Shown here: in pieces, positions 25,033-54,754 of the stretch
Numbering within the stretch: the stretch's first letter is position 1
Layout of the letters: each line of letters starts with the position of its first letter
Assembly (NCBI RefSeq): GCF_009914755.1
Contig: NC_060939.1
From: the human T2T-CHM13v2.0 reference genome, Homo sapiens
Direction: 5' to 3' (one strand)
DNA: 64,000 nt
Notes under the pieces: model-generated
Seen by the model: only the letters and a program-made list of their open reading frames with translations
What the model was told of the DNA's origin: nothing
Databases searched by the model: none
Position numbers and translations under genes: made by a program

Positions 25033-25600
25033 TAAAAGCAGGCCCCTGTCAGCAAAGCCTGGAGAAGTGGGGCCGGAGTCTCCACCGCCACCATGTCCCT
25101 ACCACCTCTTCCCAGGCACCCCTTTACAATTAGGGTAGCAGGACAAGACCTCTGTCTAATGGGGAAAGACAAACAGACCATTTGCCACCTTGACCAGGGC
25201 TGAGTCCCTAAATTTCTGGATGATGATGATTGTTACTTAAAAGCCAGAGGCTGGTGGAGTTGGTTTGTTTGGAGGAGGCCTGATGGTCCCCTTACTCTCA
25301 CCATGGCAACGTTTCCCTCAGGGGGGCTCCCATCTTCTTATTCAGAGAGGTAGCTGAGGCCAGAAAGCGGGGCTAACTGTGGACCAGCGAGGGCATGGGC
25401 TGCTGGGGTGGCCCACCTTCCCCGGTGTACATACTGTGTCTGTGTAACATTTTGTATATTCCAGAGGGTAGGGCTGCCCCTGTATCATACCTAGCAGAGG
25501 TTGGAGCTGGCACATGGGGAGGAGGTTCTAATAATTATTTGTGGCTGGGAAACTTATTTATTGCTAGCGCAGGACAGAGGAAAGAGGCGGGGATGGGGTC
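25033..25600 (+). other. Displaced remainder of the ancestral GOLGA2-type 3' UTR
   Basis: taaaagcaggcccctgtcagcaaagcctggagaagtgggg resembles the sequence right after the GOLGA2 stop codon as I recall it; GC content returns to gene-like levels. Confidence 0.6.
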
Positions 25601-25604
25601 GTGG

Positions 25605-28835
<3,231 letters not shown>

Positions 28836-28838
28836 TCC

Positions 28839-30788
<1,950 letters not shown>

Positions 30789-31060
30789 TGTAGCGGAATT
30801 TTTAAGGAATTAGATAGACTCACGGGGTTTAGGAGGACATTTATTAATTATTTAGGTGCACCGGCCCAGTCGGATTAACATTTAAAGGATTGAGTACTGA
30901 ACCAAGAGTTACCTTTCAAGCATTATGTAGGGCGAAGGGGGAGATCTGTGCAGGGAGAAGCATATTATAGAAGCGAGAAACAAAGATAGTTATTTAATTG
31001 AAACATGCATTTTTTTTTTTACTATTTAAGGAAAAATATGTTTTGTGACTTGAGTTTATT
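30789..31060 (-). mobile_element. ERV LTR 3'-end fragment truncating the array (family not assigned)
   Basis: Starts with TG exactly where the last Alu head stops; tttatt (antisense AATAAA) lies ~50 bp in, typical LTR U5 geometry. Confidence 0.5.
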
Positions 31061-34000
31061 TGTTTAGGCACCTAGATTTATTTTGTTTATGGAGATAATA
31101 GTAGGTACCTCATAGGGGATTATTAGATCACGCTTAAAATTGGACCATACTTAATACTTTAACTGGGGCTTTAACCATCATCATTTACATCATCCATATC
31201 CCATTATCTTTCCTTTTGGCAGAAAGGCATATAGTGAAATCTATGCAAATTAAATGAACATATGGGAAACTCTTTTTTGCAGAAGGTGTTGTGGGGCTCC
31301 CTCTACATGACCTGAAAAGTACCTATATGGCTGTAAGACACTTTACATATCACCTAGTTTATACCCTGGCATGCCCATATGACCTACTAAATCATACAAA
31401 CACACCAGGTTCTAATATACAGTAATATTCATTTTTTAACTTTTCAATTAACATATAATCCTAAATTGCATGCTTTATGTTGAAGAAAAAAACAGCAACT
31501 AATATACCATCATAGTGACATATTAAATGCTAGTTTAGCCTGATTCTCCCAGTGTAACAATGTATTTAAAATTTTGTAGATATATTCAGTATATGTTTCA
31601 ACATGTCTTTGGGCCATATGTATTTTGTGCTAAAGTTTCTCTTTATAAAAAAGCAAAGCAGGAGATGAGAGTTTTATGGTGGGAAATGAATTCAATTATT
31701 ATATTCTAAGGGAGATTAAAGAGAAAAATAAATTTTCCTGTTAATTCTGTGACCAACAAAAGTAAGCAATATAGCTGAGAAATTCATCTGAGCTCACAGT
31801 TGATTATATATATATAATAATTTTTTTTTCTCTAACAGAGCCACAACCAATGAGACAATTATAGTTTCACCAAGTCAAATGTCAGCTAGAGGACTTACAG
31901 TTTTTACACTTGGCAAGGCAAAGCAAAGAAATGTGAAGAATCCTCATTTACTTGTTAGCCAAACTTAGTGTCAAAAAAAAAAAATATTCATCATTGGTTG
32001 TCAAACACAGGGTAGTTCTCTGTCACTGGAAACTTCTGCAGACAGGATAATTACTATGATTAAATGGCAGTGGATTTAAAATATTTCGGTAGTGGTTAAA
32101 GTAACTTGAATACTGATGGTATAATATCAAATCAAAGCTGCAAAACTGTCCGCTAATTATCCAGAGTATAAAGTATCTGATGCTGTGTAAGTATAACGCC
32201 AAAGCACATTCACAGGTACAGAAATTGATGAGGGCTTAATCATGCTTTTTGGAAATATAGTAAAGAAGATAATGTTTTTTCTACCTTAAAAAATAAATTT
32301 TAGACCATGTCCTTCAAGCTATACAGTTTGTATTATTGACAATTGGCTCTGATTATATAATTTACTCTAGCCATTGCTTTCAATTTATTTATCTATATTT
32401 CTGATTATTCCTCTAACACAAAGATACTGAGGGCTTTCTCTGTGTTAGGCAACAGCTGCAAAGCTAACTCTTGGAATACAGAGATGTGAAACAATGCTAG
32501 CATGGCTCAGAAATAGTTTATTGCCTCATGAAATTTTTAGCTTAGTCCTATTCCCATAAACATTTCTATGTGAGTGGTGGGGACTGGGGGGGCACCTCAC
32601 TCTCCTCCAGGGACAGGCCATGTCCTAAGCAGTAGTTTGAAGGTATCACTTTGGAGAATTTAGGTCTGGAGACTCTGTAGAAATCAGTGAGGTTTCAAAG
32701 CATCATTATTACATTGCAAAGTCACATGGGCAGGAGTAGATAAGAAGTAATATGTTGTATTTCCTCTTTTGTAGTGTGAGTTAGTTGATCTAAATGTTCA
32801 CTGTGTTTTCTCTATCTTTGAATTATGTGTAACAACGTAGATAGCAAAGAGCTGTCAAGAGGCCATGAGATTTCAAATAAACAGTTAAGAGCATACTCCA
32901 GGAAACTGTAAAAGAACTAATTAGAGTCCACGTGTTCAGTGTCAGTTCAAAGACACAGAGAGATAGGTGCTCAACAGATGGAATATGTTAGAACCCGTAA
33001 AAATGACCAAGATGGGATGGCACAAAATCAGCAGAGCTATAATCAATAACCAATGAATTGGGACTCTCTTCTGTCTTTTCCACTGTATTTGGGTCTTCGT
33101 AGGTTATTCAATCATGTTTGAAGTGATGAAAAACCATTATTCATTCTCAAGGCAAAAGAACTAGATATGCTTTTGGGAAAAAGAGGATAACGGAAGGTTT
33201 TTAAACTTTTACAATGGGCCATTCTACATGCAGTGTACAAATCATCTAAAATTCATTTTTCCCCTAGAAAGACAGATCTTAAACCAGCTAGAAGTTATAA
33301 ATAATGTGGTTCATCAGAGCTGTATACTCTTAAATTCAGATTTTCTGAGTCCATCCCACATTATCCTAGTTCCACAAGATAACTGCAAAAATGTCTCATT
33401 GCCAAATACATTCAACAGTGAACTATATAGTTGCCTCCAAGAAATTCATTGCACATTGGTCTGTTCATTGCATTAAGAAACCTTGCAGTTAAAAACAAAC
33501 AAAAAATGTACTTAGTATGTTTTAAAATATAGCATCTCCAATATTATTTAAAACTTACTTTCCTTGTTGTTTCTCTGAATATTTCTCAAAAGAACTATTG
33601 GAAAATATTGCTTAACATGATTGATCTTCCATTTGATTGACCTGCGTTTACGCCCATGCCTATTTTGTGCAGGTGATCAATTCATTTGTGAAGAGTGCTT
33701 TCATAATTATGCATTGAAATGCACAAGGTTGTCATCCCTCAAAAATGCTACTATTATCACCCATAATTAAGTCTACCAAATTTACACTAGAAAACAAACA
33801 CAAAGAGAACAGTGGGTAGTTGTTAGATCATTTAGCAATCAGAGGTAAAAATTAGTAGCAGAAACAAAATTATTGTCATTTCTCAAATTATTTTCAAAGA
33901 CAATGTTGCCTTATTACTAATATTTGATTGGGAACATTTACAACCATTAATCTAGAAAAGAAATTCTTCTACTGCAATGCACCTCCTCTATTTACGTGTG

Positions 34001-34214
34001 TGAATGAGTGTCCATTTTCTTAAAGTTCCAAGTTACTTATTCATTCATTAGGTAATCTTTTTTCACATGGAACGAAATTTTTGTGGTAATTTATGATAGT
34101 TGAAAAAAAGATTTGGGGTGATTATAACCCTATTTAGATATTTCTGCCTGCATCTACATCATATCAAAAAAAGTAGGGCCTCCTCTCCCTTCCCTGAATT
34201 AACTATTGGAGGGG

Positions 34215-36799
<2,585 letters not shown>

Positions 36800-38299
36800 T
36801 TATGTATACACTATGTACTCAGCAAATATTTTTCTCTTAAGTGTGGTTGTTTCGATCCTATTTTCAGGAGGTGAATGTACAGCGTAAGTCCCCTCCTTTT
36901 CTGTTGATATGACTGTGTTGATTGGTAGTGCCAGCCACTTTCCATCTGAGCAGTTCTAGGTACATACTCGGTTGGTACGCAAAGGAAAACTATTCTGCAT
37001 GCCATTAATGCTGGAATAAAATGTGTTTAGGAAGTGTGGCTGTTTTCCCAGGTCATGTTTAATTGAAGGATTTCTGTCACATACTTGTTCTTGTTGATGT
37101 GTTCCTGGGGCCTGGAGAAATGCTGCCCACCCCGTCACTTCTCTGGAGAATCTCAGGGCTGCATGGATGGTATGATGCTGCCCGGGCTGACCATTCTGAA
37201 AATACTGCTGGCTGGTCCCTAGCAGCAGGTCAGCACCTTGGTTACACGGTGTTTACAGAGGCATGCCCAAAGGAGATACATTGACTATTCCTGGTTATTT
37301 TTTGTCCTGTAAATAGAGACATTGTTCAAAGTCTTTTTTCCCCTAACATTTAAAACAACACGTTAGGCCTTTTAAGTGTTTGCCAAAGAACCTGGAGTTT
37401 TACTGGAGTCTTGACTAACCTGCTGAACTTTTCAAGCTGAAACCCTGAGGGTTACAGTATAAAAATTTAGAACCTACTTAGAGCAGCAGTCTCCTCATGC
37501 TGTTACTGGTCTCCTTAAAGTCAGAAACAAGATCTACAGCTGCTGCTGTCGGTCACCTGAGAGACCAGGCTGAGGCAGCCCAGCGACCTCCCAAGGAGCC
37601 TTTTAATTACTAGGTTCAAGTGTGGTTTGCAGTGAACGTGGCGAAGGAGGTGTGGGCTGCTGTGCAGTGAGGCAGAGGCAGAGCACTCAGTGCGCATTTG
37701 TGCCCTGCCTGTTCCTCCTGGCAACTCCAGGATGTCATCAGCCTTGCAGGGAGGGGGCTCACCTTCTTAGTGTGGGAAACTGGCCCCAGGGCATACCCCC
37801 TTGAGCGTTTCGTAGTTAGAAACTTGTGTGCAGCTTCCCAAGGGACCTTCCTGTGTACAGATGTCCACTCTGTGGAAAAGGATACAATGGGAAGCTTCCA
37901 GTGTCCTGTGCAGCTTCTTAGATTCCATTTGGGATTCACCTGGAAAAAGCAATGCCTTACCCCTTGAAGTTTCTCCATTTAAACTCCAGTTAGGTAAAGG
38001 GGAGAAAAGTAGAAATATTCACCTTTTGTGTTCCCCATCTTTTAATTTTTTGTTGTTTCGGTTAATAAAAATAACATATTCAGCATGAGAATTTGGAAAA
38101 TGCAGAAAAGTAGAAGACAATTAAGCCCCCAGCCCCCCACTCGATGCTGTGGTAACAAGCATTCTTGCTCTGCGGCCAACCTCATACCCTGTATGCAGCT
38201 TGTATCCTGCCTTTTCCCCTTTTAGAAACTCTTGGCCAAATAATCTTAACCATAAGCATAGTATTTCATATTAAAATTTTGTTGGTTTTCTTTTAAAAC

Positions 38300-39860
<1,561 letters not shown>

Positions 39861-39949
39861 CCACTGTAGCAAGCGGCAGATGTTCTTAAGTATCTCCCTC
39901 CCTCCCTCCCTCTCTTCTTTCCTTCCCTCCCTCCTTCCTTCCCTCCCTC

Positions 39950-39982
<33 letters not shown>

Positions 39983-42556
39983 GAGACAGTTTCACTCTGT
40001 CACCCACCCAGGCTGGAATGCAGTAGCACTATCACAGCTCACTGCAGCCTTGATATCCTGGGCTCAAGTGATCCTCCCGCCTCAGCCTCCTAGGTAGCTG
40101 GGACCACAGGTGTGTGCCACCACACCTGACAAATTTTTAAATTTTTTGTAGAGGCAGGGTCTCCCTGTGTTGCCCAGGCTGGTCTCAAACTCCTGGGCTC
40201 AAGCCTTCCCTTATCAGCCTCCTAAAGTACTGGATTACAGGCATGAGCCACCACACACAGCCAAGTGTCTGTTTAAAAAGAAAAGTTGTTCCTAAATGAT
40301 TCCTTACACTCCAGTAAAACAGGGCTGTGAAAATGAGTTATGTGGAAAGCTGACCGTAGCTGCTGCTTTTTAAAAACCATACCTTCTTATCCGCCCGTTT
40401 TGAGACTGGCCCTTTGTTGATCTACAGCTCTCCTTTTCTGGAAGATGCTGGAAAGAACACTGTTAGTGGCCTTCATTTCCCCTCTGGTCTGGGTCTCCTG
40501 TAGATGGCTTCTACGATTCTGGCCCCTCTGTACACATCATTCTCGCTCAGCAGCTGCACAGGTAGACAGTGAAAACTAGCATCTTTTTGATTATAGACTG
40601 TTGGCTTCCTGGGGAACAGCCATGTTCCATGTTGGGTCAGCTTATTGATAAGGGGAAGAGACCTAGCATTCATTAAAAACTTACCCAGCAACTTTGCTGT
40701 GTCACAGAAGTCCTATATAGCATAAAATAGTACTAGGTCCATCTTAGATGAAGCAGTGAGATCTGTTCAAGGTCATCCAGCTAGTAAAATGGTTCAACTT
40801 GACTTGCCTTACTCCAGAACTTTTTGCTTATGCCATTATTTCCTGTTAGCTCTTCATGGAACCACTTCCTGTGTGTCTGATGGCTCACTGTGCACTCACA
40901 CACACACCCCAACTAATGGCAGGTGCAGATTGGCAGGTGCAGATGACAAGTATTGCAGTGCAGTTGCTTTTAGCAATTTATCTTCCTTTTTCTTCTGAGC
41001 TGGATTTAATTTACTTTAGTTTCCCACATTTGGCATTGTAGCTTTTACCTTTAGAATGGCTAATTGGCTACTGCAATATTTCTTTCATATGTGAATTATA
41101 AAAGTGGCCTTAATGGATGTTTCTTTTCATCCAGTTAGGTGTTTATTGTATCAGTGTGTGACTGGGAAGGCCAGGCTAGCTGCAGGTTATCACAGGCCTC
41201 TTGCAGTACTTCACTGGACCCCTTGAGTCCTTTTCAGTGGATCATCTCCTGCCCATCTTCACTACTCCGGAGTGGTCTCACCATCTTTACTGGGAGTCCC
41301 AGAACGTGTCTGTTCAGAGCGATGAGACCCAGGGCAGAAAGATTCCGGTTACCCTTTCCCGGTCTCCTCATCCTAACTCCTTGGATCTTATCACAGTAAA
41401 TGATCAGAAGTGGAAATTCTCATGTTAGCTGAAATTCTCTTCATGTTTTTTTCTTGTGTTTAGACCTCGTTATCTTTAGGCATCCCTGTTACTGATGATA
41501 ACCACTCTGATTCCCTAGTTTGTAAGACACTGCACCCCCTCCATATTTAAAAGTTATTTGCCATTGGAGGTATCATCAAAGACTACTCTCCCTTTCTAAA
41601 ATCTTGGTGTTAGCAGCTAGAAGAGAGACTGCCAGTCTTCCCCGCCAGCCCTACTTTATGACTTAATGCATGGCACCACTTGTGCAGCTGATGCCTGGTC
41701 GGGCCACACTTTCCATTATGAACATGCTCTTTCCTGACTTCCCTCACATTCATTGAAGTCCAGTCCCGGCTCAGTTGCTGGCCGCGGCTGCTTCTATTGT
41801 AGAAAGTGGAATGAATAAAAATGAAGGGCTTCTGACACTGGGGTGAAACTTTGTCACTGAAGAGATCTTTTCAATCCAAGAAGAGGAACCCAGCCAGCTT
41901 CGCCAAAGCTGGAAAAAGCTGCAACCTTCTTTTGCCCCTGTTGAGATATTGGAACCCCCACTGGTTGGCTTCCCTCTGCCCTACAGCTGCCCACCTGAGA
42001 TTTCTCACCTGGGCAGAGCCACAGCACAGCACAGAGAAACTCAGTTTCCGGGGACTTTGGCAGGGATCTTGGTGCTGTGGGAGGATTCAAACCCCATCTC
42101 AGCCACTTGCTAGCTCTGTGCATCTGGTCATATTACCCCACTTCTCGCAATCTGTTCTTGCATCTGTAAAATGGGGTAGTGTTACCACCTCGGTGGGCTT
42201 TTAATGAAGATTATATGAGTTAAATGCCCACTGTATTGCCAGCAAAGAATCCAGCATGGTGCTCAGTGAGGAATACCGTGCATGGCTACAGTTTAACTCC
42301 TGTGAAATAAATAGATGCTGGAGGCAGGGAGGTGCTTCCTCCGCCCCCCCGTGATGTTTCTGTGGTTTCACCTTCCCATGCTGGGCACTGCCCTCCCTAG
42401 ACAAGACCTGTCTGTGGACTGTTTCCAGTACAGCTGTTTAGCCAGACGCTGGCCCCGTCTGCAGCCATCACAGGCCCTCTGTCTCTCTGCTGGTCATGTC
42501 ATGCTCTCCTCAAGGTGCCGTCCTGCTGTTCATATTGTTTCATTCTTTCCCACCAG

Positions 42557-43580
42557 GAAGCATCTGGACGAACAGTCCTGCCACGCTCTTTGAAGTTCCC
42601 GACACATGGTAACCAAGACCTGAGGGCAGCAAACCGCTGGTGCTGTCTCTGTGAGCAAGAGCCGGGTGGCACATTTGGAAGCCATACTGTATTTAACTTA
42701 ATCAAATGTGGTATGGGAGGGGTTGGAAACCAAGTTGTCTCCTGGGGGGAAGAAAAGACAGGTTTTATTTTTGTGGCTGTGTTTTTTTCCCTTTTTAATC
42801 TAACTGCCTGTTGATGTTGACACTCATCAGGGTTGTAGGCTGTCATGAATGTGTACGTGCTTAACCAGTGAATTCCATGTTGCTCGTGTGAGGCCTTTCC
42901 TGTCATGACCCACTGTGCTTAAGAACCTGCCTGATGGGGAGTGTCGGCTGTGAAATCTGCAAAAAGAGCTGACGTTCCGGCTGCCGTGATCATGAATTGG
43001 GGGTGTACTCTCCTGCCTGTGCATCTTCTCGCGCTGAGATTTTGAGGCGGTTGCAGCCCTCGGTTAGTCTCCCAGTGGAGAGAAATCAGTTGTGCCTCCC
43101 TGCTTCCCACCATAGCTGCCTGAAAACATGACGCTCTTACGCTTGTCCTTCCATCAGGAAGGTGTCCACTCACGCCCACCCATGAGGGGGCTTGCCGTAT
43201 GCCCTGGCCTTTGGGCATATTTATGTAGAGTTCCTTTCTCCTAAGACGTGAGTTTCTGATGGGGGATGTACGAGTAAAAAGGTTAACTTCTGTTCTTATG
43301 CGTGGCGCTGTGTTCACTTTCCAGAGTCTGTTTGGATGGCGGTCTCGGGGTACGGCAGCGTGTGTGTGTATGTGTGTTTGTGTGTGTGTGTGTGTGTGTG
43401 AAATCGTGCAAATCTACATGTCCCAGCCCATTCTCTGTTGAAACAGATCACAGCAACGACAAACACTCATGGCGCCGCTTCACTCCACCCGCTTCAGATA
43501 GATCATTGTTAGATATTTCACATTTTTGTATGGTGGAAATAAAAATGAAAAATGTATTTCCAAAAGATGAAAATTAAAGA
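42557..43580 (+). pseudogene. PARN: Duplicated, truncated copy of PARN: terminal exon plus 3' UTR
   Basis: Acceptor tttcattctttcccaccag, then (G)SIWTNSPATLFEVPDTW-TAA (42557-42612), versus the PARN C-terminus GSISKNSPATLFEVPDTW. A ~950 nt UTR follows with AATAAA at 43538 and ATTAAA at 43573. I found no upstream PARN exon in the window. Confidence 0.85.
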
Positions 43581-44416
43581 CATTTTCATAGGACTCTGGT
43601 TTTCTCCTCTCTTTTTTTAAATAAGTGAATGATGTTTTCACTCTCTAGTAATACACAGATAAATTTCACACTCTTAAAAAATCTGCTAAGCCACTAAGGC
43701 TGATGTTCATGGATTTTTTTCTTTTTCTTTTTACCCCTAACTGCTGTACCTGCCACGATGGGTCAGCTCCTCAGTGCAGAGCTGAGCCCTGGTGTTAAGT
43801 GGCCTTGTAGGAGGGTGGGAGGAATGAGGACCCTTAGCACTCACGCTGGAATCCCAGGACGTTATGCAGATTCCGATTTGTAAGACAATTTCCCCAATCA
43901 AGAGCCTCTGTCACACCTGTAAGCTGAGATGGGAGGATCACTTGAGCCCAGAAGTTCAAGACCAGCATGGACAACACAGTGAGACCCTGTCTCTTTAAAA
44001 AAAAAAGAAAAAGAAAAAGAAAGAAAAAAAATTTCTTTTTTTTTTTTGTTAAGCATGTTAACTTCTCTTTAAGCATGTTTAAAAAAAAAACAACTTCTCT
44101 TTTTTTAAGCATGTTAACTTCTGGAGTTTTGTAGCCACAAAGTTAGAAACCCAGGCTTGGCTGGAAGGACTGCCCACCCCTCCTGTAGTCAGCACCCACG
44201 GCTCAGTGGAAAGTGTGAAGGTGGGATGGAGACAGACAGTAAAGGAGGGTGTATGCAGGAGTGTGTAGAGAGGGCTGCCAGACTGCCGAGTCAGCAGCAC
44301 TCACAGGGAGAAATGAGGAGAGTCTGACCCTTCTTTTTGAAAGAAAAAGAGGGGGCCCAGCACAGTGTCTCAGGTCTATAATCCCAACACATCGGGAGGC
44401 CAAGACAGGAGGATCA

Positions 44417-44764
<348 letters not shown>

Positions 44765-45019
44765 TTACTGCATTTGCTTCTATCAGTGGGAGCAGACATA
44801 GTCACTGGAATGTGGCTTAGAATGAAACACCCAGAGGAGCTTTCATACATGCCCAGAACTTTATTTTCTCTGCTGCATCAAATGACTTAAAACAAGTGAG
44901 CTGTGGCTCACGCCTGCAATCCTGCCACTTTGGGAGGTGGAGGCAGGTGGATCCCTTGAGCCAGGAGTTCAAGACCAGCCTGGGCAACATGACAAAACCC
45001 TGTCTCTACAGAAAATTTA

Positions 45020-45169
<150 letters not shown>

Positions 45170-45561
45170 TCAAAAACAAAACAGGTGAGCTGGGCTAACC
45201 CACTTCCTCCTCCACACACACACACCGGGCTTTCTTGACATATCTTTTGGGCATAAAATCCTAGGATGGTACTTCTGGCCTTTTGATACCGAGGCCCAGG
45301 GGCATATTATGACAACAAGGCTATGGTCTGGGGGCTTCTTGAATATGGTAGCCAGATCTGGAGGCAGGCGTCAGAGTGGGAACTTCCGTGTTTCCCTGCA
45401 GATAGTTCTGTAGTCCTTTGATTTTGGAGCTGGGCTGGAGACCAAGCGCTGTGGCTCTGTCCATTTTCATAACTGTGTATTTCTCCAGTTTTCCCCTTGA
45501 GATTTTATTATGAAGATTTTCAAGCATACACCACCTAGGTCATCATTACCATTTTGTTATA

Positions 45562-50722
<5,161 letters not shown>

Positions 50723-52316
50723 TTAGGGGGTGAGGTGGGGAACTTAAGTATGTTTCATAAGGAAAGAGTGAACCCTCACGGTGATATTTTTTAAGCTTGA
50801 AAACATAGGAAAATGCTAAATCAGAAACTTGAAGCCAGGGAGCCTTGCCTGTGTGTGCAAGCGTGGACTTGAGCAAAGCGAAGCCTTAGGCACCTGTGCC
50901 AGGCCCGTGCAACTTTTCCGTGGACACGTCTTCCCATATTTCCAATAACAACCAGAGAACCAGTTACCCGCCTTTTGCTGCCGTCCTCTTCCTGCAGGAG
51001 GAAGGGTGGGGGGACAGGATTCTTCCACCCAAGTGCCCTTGCAGGTGTCTAAGCCTGGGCGGTGGATTCTTGGTTCCTGGCAGGCCTTGGTGGGCAGGCA
51101 ACAGCCAGAATGCCAAAAAACACCCAGTTAGATTGAATGTGGTTCCCTAGTTGCGGCTGTCGGTAGGGAGGAAACTTAAGTCTCCTTACACATCTCCTCT
51201 CTGCGCGCTGCGGTCTAGTTTGCGCAGCCTCTTCTTATTCCTAATAACCCAAAATCTGAGAATTTAGAGTCCTTCTTGTTACTTAGGAAGGACTAATCTT
51301 CCCCGGCAGGTTGTCCTGCATTTGTTGAATGGGGTAAAAATTGCATAGCATCTCGAGTGCTGTGCCTACAAATTACCTTGATAAACGATTGTGACTCAGC
51401 AAAGCTTAGGCTTTTGCCCTAGTTTTGGAGGCTGGGGCTAACTAGGAAAAAATGGAGGGTCTGTTGGGTGTTTCTGCTGTTTTTACAAGGCTTCAGAATT
51501 CCCCACTGTCTGCGTGTGTGTGAATCAGCAAGTGCTTCGCATCCTGATTGGGTGGTGTGATGGGAGCACCCACCTCGCAGAGCCTCAGAGCCCTCATTGT
51601 CTCCCTTTTCCATTTGCTCATTCCTACTTTGGCTAGTGGCACCCTGAAAGAGTTTTCATCAGTAACAGTGTTGAGGAAACCACGCATTAGAGGCAGCGGG
51701 GCCACACTAATCAGCATCTGGGCTGGGTGATTGCTCAGATCTGAGCTCGGAGCTTGCTGTGCTGCTCACCAGCTGTGTGAGCCCGAGGATGCTGTCCCGG
51801 CTCCCAGCCTCGGTTTCCTCAGCTGTGGGACTAGACGGGACTAAACCAGGGGGAGAACGGAAAGCACCCACGGGTAGTAAGTGCTCACCGAGGCATTTTC
51901 CCAGATTCCTGCCATTGTTTACTGACACTGGGAAGCACCCACAGCCTCCTCCTGGAAAACACACACCCCCTGCTCTCAAGAACTTTCCATTTTAAAACAG
52001 ACTTGCCCTCTGGTGTGTCATCCTTGCTTTCTGAAAGTGAGTTTTCTTCTCTACGCCACTGTATGTTTTTTTCTGATAGCAGTAGGGAACTGTGTATTGG
52101 AGCTCACTCTATGGGAAGCGTTTTGTACTCTTGACGTTTAGGCATGATTATCCCCATTTGAAGGTAAACGGAGGCTCAGGCGGGTTCAGTAACCTGCACT
52201 GGAGGTCAGGGTCAGTGGCAGAGCTGGAATTCAAGCCCCAGGATGTCTGACTGCAACGCCCATGTGCCTAACCACGATTTGATACCGTCATCCAGATGAA
52301 GGACATCACAGGGTAG

Positions 52317-52958
<642 letters not shown>

Positions 52959-53065
52959 TGACCTCAGGTGATCCACCCACCTCAGCCTCCTGAAGTACTG
53001 GGATTACAGGCGTGAGCCACTGTGCCCGGCCTTTTTTTTTTTTTTTTTTTTTTTTTAAGAGATGA

Positions 53066-53368
<303 letters not shown>

Positions 53369-53546
53369 TAGGATTACAGGTGCCCACCACCCCGCCTGCT
53401 AATTTTTTGTTATTTTTAGTAGAGACGGGGTTTCACCATCTTGGCCAGGCTAGTCTTGAACTCCTGACCTTGTGATCCACCCGCCTCGGCCTCCCAAAGT
53501 GCTGGGATTACAGGTATGAGCCACCGCACCCAGCCTAATTTTTTAA

Positions 53547-53669
<123 letters not shown>

Positions 53670-54012
53670 TGAAATATGTTTTTATATATTGGGACAACTG
53701 AGAATATTAGAATGTGGACAGGCTATTAGATGATACTGAAATGTGTTAATTGTGCTTAGGAGTGACATGTCTAATGTCTAACTTATCTTTAACCTCACAG
53801 AGTGAGATGAAACAAATACAGAAAATAATAATTACCAAATCTAGGTAGTGGGTAGATAGGTGGGTTTATGGTACACCTGGGATGACAGGTGTGAGTCACC
53901 GCGCCCGGCCTTAAACATTTCAATTACAAGGGGGATATGGGGGCCCACAGCGACAAGGGGTTTCACCTCCAGGAAGAAACAGACATGGAACCTGCTGGCT
54001 GGGCTTTGAAAC

Positions 54013-54196
54013 TCCTTGTTCTCAGCATGTGGCCCCAGTGGAGCAGCATCAGCCTCACCTGAGACCTTGCTAGAAATGCGCATTCTTGAGCCCCACTTCA
54101 GTCCTACTGAGTCAGGAACTCCAGGGCCAGGGCCCGGCTGTCTGCAAACAAGCCCTCCAGGTGATTCTAGTGCCTGTGCAAGTTTGGGAGCTGCTG
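54013..54196. mobile_element. MER5A (hAT-Charlie)
   Basis: agcagcatcagcctcacctgagaccttgctagaaatgc...aacaagccctccaggtgattct. Confidence 0.85.
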
Positions 54197-54468
54197 GTCT
54201 GCAGAAAGCTAGGTCAACTGAAAGAGGAAATGTACCACACTTATTTATAACCAAATGTGTGCCAGCTGGGAGCAAGTCCAAGGGAAACGTCACTTCCATC
54301 TCTCGTTCACATGATGAGTTGGCGCCTCTTAACTCAATAGTGTCTTTAGTTTGGATGATTTGACCACATGGAAAATGTCCCTCTGTCCCTCATGCTAAGG
54401 AGCCTAGCCCTCACAAACCGTTGTTCTTCATACCGAGGCCTATGATGGCCTAGGCACGTTATTATTAA

Positions 54469-54754
<286 letters not shown>

